DNA from: a virus
Lineage: Duplodnaviria; Caudoviricetes
Strand: one strand, 5' to 3'
Virus record (IMG/VR): IMGVR_UViG_3300007535_000007
Coordinates: 1-53,072 of that record
DNA length: 53,072 nucleotides
Made by a program: the position numbers and the translations under genes
Notes under the pieces: generated by a model
Told to the model about the DNA's origin: nothing
Seen by the model: the letters and a program-made list of their open reading frames with translations, nothing else
Database searches by the model: none
Part shown: positions 35,226 through 43,116 of the stretch, in pieces
How the letters are laid out: the number at the start of each line of letters is the position of its first letter
Numbering within the stretch: position 1 is the first letter of the stretch

Positions 35226-36194
35226 TTATCCGCGATTGTCTGTTGCTGATAGTCGGTGCCGGTCAGGTGCCTTAGGTTTCGTAACTAACTCGGCAGTTGA
35301 GTTTGGATTAATTTTTACTTGTTTCATTGTAGCGGTTTCTGAAGGCATTTGCAAATCTTGAATAATTTCTTCATCCGTAGATTCGACATCAGTTGATGGA
35401 CCTTTCGATGAAGGAGGCGGATCGGTCTTCGTGGGAGGCGACTTTTTCTTAGAAGCCCTATTCATTAGAGAATAGTTTGCAGCCATGAGGAGGAGAATTG
35501 CCATCGGATCAAAAACGAATATAAATGCAATGATAGCCCATCGAACAGCATCTTCTAGATTATCTTCAGAATTTCCATAAACAATCTCAGCGATATATTT
35601 GATAGGACCAACTTCCATTTCAAGAGACCGAAGCTCGTTGCCGAGTTGAAGTTTCTCATCTTCATACTGGTCAATGCGATTCTGTGCCTCATCGATCGTC
35701 GTTGCCAACAGGTCTCTCTGCTCTTGTTGTCCTTCTCGTACTGCCCTAGCTCCGTCATCACCACTAATCTTGTCATATTCGATTAGCGTCTGAACCGTTT
35801 CATCGAGTTGAGCAATAACCGTTTCTGCATCTGCAATTCGAGCTTCTTCTCTATTAATTCTCTGATCTAGTCTTTCGATCTGTGCTGTGTTGTTTGTGAC
35901 CGGGGCTGTTTGTTCTATGTGTGCTTTTGATAGCAGTCCAAAGATACCCATACTGGTGAGCAGCATCGCAATCAATACCAGAGGCAGCATCGCATATTTG
36001 ATTTTCGTGGGCTCTGTCCAGTTGCGGTAGATCCAGCTTACGCCGACAACTTTACCGAGTTCGATAACAGAACCCATTACAAGAGCATGGATCGGCAATC
36101 CTGAGAAGATTGCCACAATACCAAAGATGGCAAAGACTGCGGCTGTTCCAGCCATAGCCAATGCGGTCAATAGAGTGATGATTCCAAATAGCAT
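35226..36194 (-). CDS. Multi-TM coiled-coil membrane protein of T4-like phages
   Basis: LTSMGIFGLLSKAH, EVGPIKYIAE, IFVFDPMAILLL. Confidence 0.75.
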   Translation of the reverse strand: MLFGIITLLTALAMAGTAAVFAIFGIVAIFSGLPIHALVMGSVIELGKVVGVSWIYRNWTEPTKIKYAMLPLVLIAMLLTSMGIFGLLSKAHIEQTAPVTNNTAQIERLDQRINREEARIADAETVIAQLDETVQTLIEYDKISGDDGARAVREGQQEQRDLLATTIDEAQNRIDQYEDEKLQLGNELRSLEMEVGPIKYIAEIVYGNSEDNLEDAVRWAIIAFIFVFDPMAILLLMAANYSLMNRASKKKSPPTKTDPPPSSKGPSTDVESTDEEIIQDLQMPSETATMKQVKINPNSTAELVTKPKAPDRHRLSATDNRG

Positions 36195-36201
36195 ATATAA
36201 G

Positions 36202-36501
36202 CTATTTATCAATAGTTGTGATGCAATGGTTCTGTCTTAATTCCGTGTAGAATGCTTGTTTAGGAGTAATATACGCGAATTGAAGATCTTGATTTCCGAT
36301 GATAATATAATGATTCGGTAGCTTCTCACGAAAGGCATCTCGAATTTTATTCAGGTAAGCCCTCTGAGATTCAGTTGTAAAATCCCGGTCCAGTTTACAG
36401 TTGATATATAGAACTGGCAGGTTTCCCTCTTGAGGGAATTCTGTAATCTCGATCGGTATCTCTTCTCTTTCTTCGTTATCAAATTTTTTCATCTTCATCA
36501 C
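36202..36501 (-). CDS. Hypothetical protein
   Basis: 99-aa ORF; PKQAFYTELRQ. Confidence 0.55.
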   Translation of the reverse strand: MMKMKKFDNEEREEIPIEITEFPQEGNLPVLYINCKLDRDFTTESQRAYLNKIRDAFREKLPNHYIIIGNQDLQFAYITPKQAFYTELRQNHCITTIDK

Positions 36502-36631
36502 TAAGATAGGTTATTTCTACGCTACTGGCAGAGAAGTTTAAATTCTCGTAGATAAACTCCTCGCAGGCTTCGATCATTTCTTCCTCATTATCGTAGCCGT
36601 CCAACCAAAGTTCTACTAGAAACTTAGCCAT
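36479..36631 (-). CDS. 50-aa acidic protein (absent from ORF track)
   Basis: MAKFLVELWLDGYDNEEEMIEACEEFIYENLNFSASSVEITYLSDEDEKI fills the gap after queD. Confidence 0.65.
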   Translation of the reverse strand: MAKFLVELWLDGYDNEEEMIEACEEFIYENLNFSASSVEITYLSDEDEKI

Positions 36632-36638
36632 TAAAAGC

Positions 36639-37220
36639 TCATTCGCTCATCAATCGTATCGCACGATTCGGACGACTATAACGAGCGCAGCTCTTCTTCG
36701 TCTCCCACCATTCGACCTCGCCAACCTTCACACCGATGCGCGCCATCTTCGGAGTCACCAGGTCATACACCCACTTCGAGAGATTCTCGGAGGTGGGTAT
36801 AAAGTCAACAACGAAGAAGCTTTCGTAATACTCGTACTCTGGGGTACCTACTGGAATACCAGTTTCTTCCATATTAATCAGATAACCTGCGCAATGATCG
36901 GTTTCTGGAACAAAGACCGGTGTAAGACTTTTCGGCAGATGAACCAGTTTTTCAAATAGAGGATCATTCTGATCAAGAATGAACTTGTGGTCAACTGTCT
37001 CGTCGAAGAACTTTTTCAACCAGCTAAGATGCAGGAAATCTGTTACCATTCCTTGCGGATTAAGATTGTCACCTTGAAGGTGAATATGAACTTCTGCTTC
37101 GTGCCCGTGTAGGTGTCGGCATACGCATTGCCTTTCAAGAGCAAATTCCTTCTCTAACTGCTGCACCCAGACGCGATGGCCATATGCAAAGTTAAATTCT
37201 TTACTGATCTTCCAGCTCAT
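36639..37220 (-). CDS. queD: 6-carboxytetrahydropterin synthase (QueD/PTPS)
   Basis: FAYGHR, CRHLHGH, GMVTDF, DHKF, PTSENL, WWET. Confidence 0.88.
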   Translation of the reverse strand: MSWKISKEFNFAYGHRVWVQQLEKEFALERQCVCRHLHGHEAEVHIHLQGDNLNPQGMVTDFLHLSWLKKFFDETVDHKFILDQNDPLFEKLVHLPKSLTPVFVPETDHCAGYLINMEETGIPVGTPEYEYYESFFVVDFIPTSENLSKWVYDLVTPKMARIGVKVGEVEWWETKKSCARYSRPNRAIRLMSE

Positions 37221-37437
37221 CTTCTTCTCCTTCTTCGTGCTCATCTAAGAAATCTTCCAGTAAATAACCGGCTGCAATTTCCTTAAGCGCAAGCACCGTG
37301 TTACCGCTACCTTCTCTAGGAACTAGAGGCACAGCCCCATTTTCCAACATTTTTGCTCGTTGTCCGGCAATCAGAATCATTGCGAACTGATTACTGTCAC
37401 AAGTCTTCAACGCGCCTTCGATAATACCTCTAGCCAT
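37201..37437 (-). CDS. rpoZ: RNA polymerase omega subunit-like protein
   Basis: MAR...NQFAMILIAGQRAKML..G..PLVP....TVLALKEIAAG aligns with RpoZ. Confidence 0.8.
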   Translation of the reverse strand: MARGIIEGALKTCDSNQFAMILIAGQRAKMLENGAVPLVPREGSGNTVLALKEIAAGYLLEDFLDEHEEGEEDELEDQ

Positions 37438-37441
37438 TTCC

Positions 37442-38125
37442 TTAACCTCTCTTTCTTGATAGTGCCATGAATTCTGCTCTTGTTGCGGGATCGTCTTTGA
37501 ACGCCCCGCCCATCTTGCTCGTTACCGTACTGGAATCCATATCTTCGATACCGCGAGCCTTGACGCAATGATGGTCGGCTTCTATCACCACCGCGACATT
37601 TTCTGTATTTAAGATATGTGATAGAGCATGATAAATCTGTGCGGTTAGCCTTTCCTGTACCTGCGGCCTTCGTGAGAAATAATTAACCACTCTATTCAGC
37701 TTACTGAGGCCGACTACCTTACCATTTGGAATATAGCCGACAGTTGCTTTGCCTACGATATTCTGAAAATGATGCTCGCAACAAGACATAACACTAATGT
37801 TCTTTTCTACCAACATCTCATCATAGTTGAACTTATTTTCAACAACAGTGATCTTAGGAAAGTTCTCAGGCTTCAACCCGTAGAAGGTTTCGTTAAGATA
37901 CATCTTTGCCACGCGACCCGGCGTATCATGTAGACTATCATCAGAAAGATCAAGACCGAGAACATTCATAATCTCTCGAAAATGAACCGCAACAGTTTCT
38001 AATTTTTCTTCTACTGCTCTATCGTTGTATTCGTTCCCTACCAACGGTGTTTCAACACCTAAATCTTTCAATTTCTCATGTACTTCTAGACCTAGCCTAG
38101 AATCCGTGTTTCCAATTTTTGCCAT
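37442..38125 (-). CDS. folE: GTP cyclohydrolase I
   Basis: DTPGRVAKMY, CEHH, GLSKLNR, QVQERLT, HHCVKARG. Confidence 0.95.
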   Translation of the reverse strand: MAKIGNTDSRLGLEVHEKLKDLGVETPLVGNEYNDRAVEEKLETVAVHFREIMNVLGLDLSDDSLHDTPGRVAKMYLNETFYGLKPENFPKITVVENKFNYDEMLVEKNISVMSCCEHHFQNIVGKATVGYIPNGKVVGLSKLNRVVNYFSRRPQVQERLTAQIYHALSHILNTENVAVVIEADHHCVKARGIEDMDSSTVTSKMGGAFKDDPATRAEFMALSRKRG

Positions 38126-38508
38126 TAGCCATATACTCCATATTTACTTAATGTTATCTGCATTTGATGCCAGTTATTCTGAATATAGATGGGTCTAGAG
38201 TTTATATCTTCTAGATATTTGTGCATCGCTGTTAGAGAAGTCAACACATTATGAAAATCTGATCGCAGGTCTTCTAATTCTGATGCTAACCTCGATGAAC
38301 GGTCCTTCTCATCTCTATATACACTATAAAGAGTGGAGATAACACCGTTTTGATTTATATCATCGCCTAGTTTCAGTTCTTCGTAAAAAAATTCCTTGTC
38401 GATCTTTTCTTTCATGCTCTCGTCATTCACCAGAATTGAAAGAGCTTTATCAAGACGAGCAAGAAGTTCTTCTATGTTTTGATCTACGGGAGAAGATGAA
38501 TTATTCAT
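38125..38508 (-). CDS. Hypothetical coiled-coil protein
   Basis: GAGGA SD; downstream of consensus promoter. Confidence 0.6.
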   Translation of the reverse strand: MNNSSSPVDQNIEELLARLDKALSILVNDESMKEKIDKEFFYEELKLGDDINQNGVISTLYSVYRDEKDRSSRLASELEDLRSDFHNVLTSLTAMHKYLEDINSRPIYIQNNWHQMQITLSKYGVYG

Positions 38509-38528
38509 ATGTTTCCTCTTATTCAATT

Positions 38529-38557
38529 ATTATAACGCATCTAACGCAATGTGTCAA
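38529..38557 (-). promoter_or_regulatory. Consensus sigma70 promoter TTGACA-N17-TATAAT driving the folE-rpoZ-queD unit
   Basis: Perfect consensus. Confidence 0.85.
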
Positions 38558-38558
38558 G

Positions 38559-39470
38559 CTATACTGCCATGGGCGGTTTGTTCTTAAAGTCTGGATGAGC
38601 TTCGTACCCAATTAATTCTACATCACCATATTCAAGACTTAAAAGGTCTTCAAGTGTATTTAGACTCTTATTAAATTTTAAGGTTGGTAATTTGTATGGA
38701 ATACGCTTAATCTGTTCTTGGACCATAGGAATTTGATTATGATAAATGTGAACATCACCACCGAAGTAAACTAGCTCACCAGGCACAAGATCAAGTAGTT
38801 CGCATAATGCCATATTAATAAATGCATAGCCCATGATATTATAAGGCAGCCCAAACGGTATATCGTTGCTTCTCATTATGAATGATGAATTAAGTTTGCG
38901 ATCGGGCGTTATTTGGTATTGGTGCATAATATGACAAGGTGGAAGCGGGGTCTGATCTACCTGCTGCGGATTCCATGCAGTGACAAGGTGTCTCCGACTA
39001 AATGGATCCTTCTGTAATCCTTCGACTAGTCCCGCAATCTGGTCCACTCCCTCCACGGCTGGCTGAAGGAAGATCTCGCCTTGGAATGGTCCGGGCATCG
39101 GGTCTTCGATCGTCACAGCATCCTCCCCGCCAAAGTTTCTCCACTGGTGGCTGTAGCCGTATCCCATGTCGCCTTCTTCAAGATGTGTCAATCCTCGCTC
39201 GTCGAGAAACTCTCGGGTCGTGTTCCCTTTCCAGATGTTAATCCTTTTCTCTTCAAGCTTCTTGGTATCGCGATCACCGCGCAAGAAGAACATAGTTTCT
39301 TCAAACGCAATGCGGAAAGCAACCTTCCTTGTGGTTATAATTGGGAACCCTTCGGAAAGGTCCCATCGAAGTGATCTGCCAAAAACGGAACGGGAGCCTA
39401 CCCCTGTTCTATCTTCTTTATCGAAACCGTTCTCTAAGATATCAGTCAACAGTTGAATGTAATTTTGCAT
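38559..39470 (-). CDS. thyA: Thymidylate synthase
   Basis: DRTGVG, PFSRRH, LPPCH, RSND.PFGLPYN, DVHIY. Confidence 0.96.
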   Translation of the reverse strand: MQNYIQLLTDILENGFDKEDRTGVGSRSVFGRSLRWDLSEGFPIITTRKVAFRIAFEETMFFLRGDRDTKKLEEKRINIWKGNTTREFLDERGLTHLEEGDMGYGYSHQWRNFGGEDAVTIEDPMPGPFQGEIFLQPAVEGVDQIAGLVEGLQKDPFSRRHLVTAWNPQQVDQTPLPPCHIMHQYQITPDRKLNSSFIMRSNDIPFGLPYNIMGYAFINMALCELLDLVPGELVYFGGDVHIYHNQIPMVQEQIKRIPYKLPTLKFNKSLNTLEDLLSLEYGDVELIGYEAHPDFKNKPPMAV

Positions 39471-39488
39471 ACCGTTTATAATAACGGA

Positions 39489-39911
39489 TTATTGTGTTCG
39501 TGTCAAGAGCAATCTACGATGAAGCAATCGTCCTTCTATATACCCAACCGATACTTTGTCTTTGAAACCTTTCTCCGCCCAAATATATCGAGCATGGGCT
39601 AAAACCTGCTTTCGTAAATAAGTACCTTTATAAAGAAGAAGATGTTCGGCGTGTACTCGGATCTCCATTTTCAGTCGTCGCTTATCTGAGAATTTGGCGA
39701 GAATATTACCAATTATAAAACTGCGATAAAACTGTTCGGCGTATCGAAGTCCCAGAAGTTTCTTCTCACCACAAGAATTGTTTTCTCTTGTCATGACAAT
39801 CGGTCCGAAAACCTTGACACACTCATAGATATTTCTTTCAAAATATTTGTCGTTTACGATATGAAAAACAGGAAAGAATCTTTTAAACCGGTATATCTTT
39901 TTTATTCGCAT
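39489..39911 (-). CDS. Hypothetical basic protein
   Basis: 140-aa ORF coupled to upstream gene. Confidence 0.5.
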   Translation of the reverse strand: MRIKKIYRFKRFFPVFHIVNDKYFERNIYECVKVFGPIVMTRENNSCGEKKLLGLRYAEQFYRSFIIGNILAKFSDKRRLKMEIRVHAEHLLLYKGTYLRKQVLAHARYIWAEKGFKDKVSVGYIEGRLLHRRLLLTRTQ

Positions 39912-40654
39912 GATGTGTCTGTATCTGTGTCCGTGGTTGTTTCTTTAGATGCAACGATTTCGTCAGTGACGACGATCGGCGGTATCAATATAACCTTATT
40001 TATTAATTCGTAGTCTAGTTGATAAAAATTTCGTATTCTTTCTAAAACAACATCAGTTAGTAATTCATCTACCCAAGGCTGAATCATTTTTTTAAAATTG
40101 TCATCTTTACCAACATTCTTTAATGGAAATATACCGACATCATTAAATTCGTGTAACACTTTTGATGATAATAGTTCATCACAATAATAAAATTTGATAT
40201 TATTCCAATCTAGATCAATAATATGATCTGCCTGTCTTACCAAATGTAGATCATAAAACACATCAAAGTTTGTGAATTCCCATTTACGACTTAAAAACCA
40301 TTTGCGAAGATTAGATGTTGGTCGATCAATTGCACATATTTCCGTAACGCATTTTCTCCACCGCTCGACAGGGTCTCGAAGTATAACATGTTTTTTAATC
40401 GTTGCTGCTCCAACAGGGTTTATGATATAATTAGAATCCCTCCAACCCTTATCAAACAAATATTTAGACATGCTGTTCGATGCATTCTTTGGAAGATTGA
40501 TCCAAAATTCTTTTTTATCTACGGATATTAATCCTCTACCTAAATAAATTCGACAGCCTGCACAAACGTCAAATTTTTTAAATGGTCTTGACGTTATGAT
40601 AGAATTTTTGCCCATGGAAACAAACGGGTAAAGATCCTTATAATAAGATTTCAT
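39902..40654 (-). CDS. Sulfotransferase-family-2-like protein
   Basis: LPKNAS (PAPS loop), ILRDPVERW, DLHLVRQ, FYQLDYEL. Confidence 0.65.
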   Translation of the reverse strand: MKSYYKDLYPFVSMGKNSIITSRPFKKFDVCAGCRIYLGRGLISVDKKEFWINLPKNASNSMSKYLFDKGWRDSNYIINPVGAATIKKHVILRDPVERWRKCVTEICAIDRPTSNLRKWFLSRKWEFTNFDVFYDLHLVRQADHIIDLDWNNIKFYYCDELLSSKVLHEFNDVGIFPLKNVGKDDNFKKMIQPWVDELLTDVVLERIRNFYQLDYELINKVILIPPIVVTDEIVASKETTTDTDTDTSCE

Positions 40655-40784
40655 AGATTACTCTCCAATAAAACACATCAACGCGCTCAACCTCACTATC
40701 GTAATGAGAAGTATCATCGTGCGTCTGTGTGCTCTATCGTATAGAGTTGGGCAATGCGTACTTTATTTATCTTCGTATCAAGTA

Positions 40785-41552
40785 TTATATGGCTTCGTGG
40801 CCATGAAGAGTAAGGCTTTCGCCGTCTTTCAACAAGACCGTAAGAGTGAGCGTTCCGTCATCGCTCTTACCACACCCGGTGTCAGTGAAAATGGCTCGCC
40901 CGCCAGTTTGATTGGTCTGTGTGAACGGTCCACGCTTCGACAATGACTCACCACCATATGGCTTGCGATCATGACCAACCACAACGGTGTGATCACCGGG
41001 GATCTCGTCCACCCAGTTGTAGATGCGGACAGGCATGCCATCTGCCTCGCGCTCGCCAGTGACCTCGCCATAGAGGGCGCGATGCTTCGCCTTTCGCGAA
41101 AGTTCGGCTGGTTGGTCCCATACCTCCGCATGTGTGGCTCCATGGGTAAACACCCAGTTCTTATAGCGATATAGATGTGCGCTGTTTCGATGATTTATAA
41201 GATCTATGATCGTAGAAAGAAAAAGCTGTTCCTTTCCTTGTGGCACATCTGTTAAGGTCTTGAGTTGTGCCTTTTTAAGCTCTACCTTATTTCCAATGGC
41301 ATGCCTATAAAATTTATCATCGTGATTTCCAATCACTAAAACGCCTCGGCCCTCATCCAACACCGCTTTCACAGCGATGACCGTCTCCAACGGCTTATCA
41401 TGCCCATCTACTAAATCACCTAGAAACACAATAAACAGGTCGTTCTTGATGGCATAACGAATGCCATCTTTCAGCTTGTCAGCATGAGCATGAACGTCGC
41501 TAAAGGTAACGACGCCCTTATACCCCTTATTGAGATACGGAGTTAAGTCCAT
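40785..41552 (-). CDS. Calcineurin-like metallophosphoesterase (PPP/Pnkp phosphatase-like)
   Basis: DVH, GDLVD, GNHD, THG, GH, DTGC. Confidence 0.85.
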   Translation of the reverse strand: MDLTPYLNKGYKGVVTFSDVHAHADKLKDGIRYAIKNDLFIVFLGDLVDGHDKPLETVIAVKAVLDEGRGVLVIGNHDDKFYRHAIGNKVELKKAQLKTLTDVPQGKEQLFLSTIIDLINHRNSAHLYRYKNWVFTHGATHAEVWDQPAELSRKAKHRALYGEVTGEREADGMPVRIYNWVDEIPGDHTVVVGHDRKPYGGESLSKRGPFTQTNQTGGRAIFTDTGCGKSDDGTLTLTVLLKDGESLTLHGHEAI

Positions 41553-41579
41553 TATGAATCCTCTTTAGCGTATTTATCG

Positions 41580-42362
41580 CTAAAGTTCAAAAGTGAAACG
41601 CGGATTGAACTCGTTATTGATAGCGTGAGGATGGTAGCCGCACGGATTACAAATAATGCGCGTACCATGAATATCAAAATCCACATTGTCGTGTGTATGG
41701 CCATGTACCCAAACGTCGATGTCATTATCGTAAATAAAGTTGTCGAGGTTGGTCATATAGGCTGCATTCAGCGGGCTGGTCCGAAACCTCTGAGGAACAC
41801 AAAGTGGATGCGGTAGGTGATGAGTCATCACAATCGTCTTACCGTCGAATGGCGTCTTCAATCGCTCTTCGATAAACCGCAGAGTCTTTTCATGCTCCCG
41901 TACTGTATCAAGCGGGTGCAGCCGTCTCTTACGATCGCCTTCGATAAACTGAACAATGTCGTAGTCGTTCATTCCTTGGCGGGCTTGGACAATTGCCCAG
42001 TAATCCTGCTTGTCAAAATCAGTCCACAGCGTGCCACCGAGGATGCGATAGCCTTCGTATACGAATTCCGTGTCATCAATCAATTTAAAGTTGTCGGGCA
42101 TGGTGTTGACAAGCTCAGCCCAATCATCGCGAACCTGATTGTAGGTGTGATTATAGAACTCGTGGTTGCCAAGGGTGTAGGCAACAAACAAGAATCGTTC
42201 ACAAAGATGCTCTATAAACTCTCGGGCATGAGTCCCAATGTGAATGTCGCCGGCGAGGAGTAGGATGGTCTTGGCATCGTCATTCATCGCTGGGATATTC
42301 ATGGGGATCGCGCAGTCCGCGCGGAACTCCAAATGTAGGTCGCTTAATACTCTAAATTTCAT
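41580..42362 (-). CDS. Metallophosphoesterase
   Basis: SDLHLE, AGDI, GNHEFY, THH, HGHTH. Confidence 0.9.
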   Translation of the reverse strand: MKFRVLSDLHLEFRADCAIPMNIPAMNDDAKTILLLAGDIHIGTHAREFIEHLCERFLFVAYTLGNHEFYNHTYNQVRDDWAELVNTMPDNFKLIDDTEFVYEGYRILGGTLWTDFDKQDYWAIVQARQGMNDYDIVQFIEGDRKRRLHPLDTVREHEKTLRFIEERLKTPFDGKTIVMTHHLPHPLCVPQRFRTSPLNAAYMTNLDNFIYDNDIDVWVHGHTHDNVDFDIHGTRIICNPCGYHPHAINNEFNPRFTFEL

Positions 42363-42368
42363 ACTGTC

Positions 42369-42428
42369 ATTATACTAGAAACAGACCATTTTGTCAAGAT
42401 AAAGAACCCTAACAAATTCAATGACTTA
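42369..42428 (-). promoter_or_regulatory. Sigma70 promoter TTGACA-N17-TATAAT with IHF-like box; leaderless transcript
   Basis: -10 at 42369-74, -35 at 42392-97, ATTCAATGACTTA at 42416-28; ATG 6 nt after -10. Confidence 0.8.
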
Positions 42429-42446
42429 CAAGATTTCCTAGAGGTG

Positions 42447-42476
42447 AACAAAAACCGCTCTCATTGAGAGCGGTTT
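42447..42476 (-). terminator. Intrinsic terminator
   Basis: AAACCGCTCTC-AAT-GAGAGCGGTTT followed by TTGTT. Confidence 0.75.
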
Positions 42477-42496
42477 CATTCCTTCAAAGTGGATAC

Positions 42497-42694
42497 TTAC
42501 CTTTCGCCCTTTGCAGAGACAAACTCATTCAGCTTTCTAGCTTCTGCTACAACGTCTTCAGTGGTCGGCGCTGTCTTTGCAATCTCCGAATCTTCTACTG
42601 CTGCTTTAGCGGCATGTTGAGAATGAAGAATGCTAAAAGCAAGTTCTAATAAATTTTGTCTAATTTCGTAAGGTGATTTGTGGTTGTGTGCCAT
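42497..42694 (-). CDS. Conserved small T4-like phage protein
   Basis: KSPYEIRQNLLELA...PTTEDVVAEARKLNEFV. Confidence 0.7.
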   Translation of the reverse strand: MAHNHKSPYEIRQNLLELAFSILHSQHAAKAAVEDSEIAKTAPTTEDVVAEARKLNEFVSAKGER

Positions 42695-42762
42695 TACTTA
42701 TGCTCCGTTAATACTTTTCTTTATAGGTGTTTATATTGCACTACAATATTTATCTAATATTT

Positions 42763-43092
42763 TTATTTCTTGGGGATAACTAGCCCTTGCGGCGGAACTT
42801 CAAGCCCACCTGTCGCTGAGCGATAAGCAGATACCAGTTCATCATGCGGTTTCATTCTTGCTACAATATGTACTCGCATGTATGAAACCGGCTTATCCTG
42901 TGCGCACATCATTGATGCAGCCGTAAGACTTAGTCCTTGTTGCGTCATGACCAATGTGCATGGGCTATCAACGAGAATCTCTTCTCGAGTAACTGCATTA
43001 ACCTTACCAATAATCTCTTCTCCGGTTATAAGTTTAAATGCTACTATTTCGTCCTTTTTAAAGGCTGCTTCTGTTTCCTTATCAACAAACAT
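42763..43092 (-). CDS. Sm/LSm-fold-like phage protein
   Basis: IVAFKLITGEEIIGKV...Y...TGGL. Confidence 0.6.
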   Translation of the reverse strand: MFVDKETEAAFKKDEIVAFKLITGEEIIGKVNAVTREEILVDSPCTLVMTQQGLSLTAASMMCAQDKPVSYMRVHIVARMKPHDELVSAYRSATGGLEVPPQGLVIPKK

Positions 43093-43116
43093 CTGTGTCT
43101 CCTTTGTGTTATTAAT

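Noticed and set aside
38559-39470. ThyA as a dCMP/dUMP hydroxymethylase
   Set aside because: Retains canonical thymidylate synthase motifs including the dUMP-specifying Asn (GLPYN)
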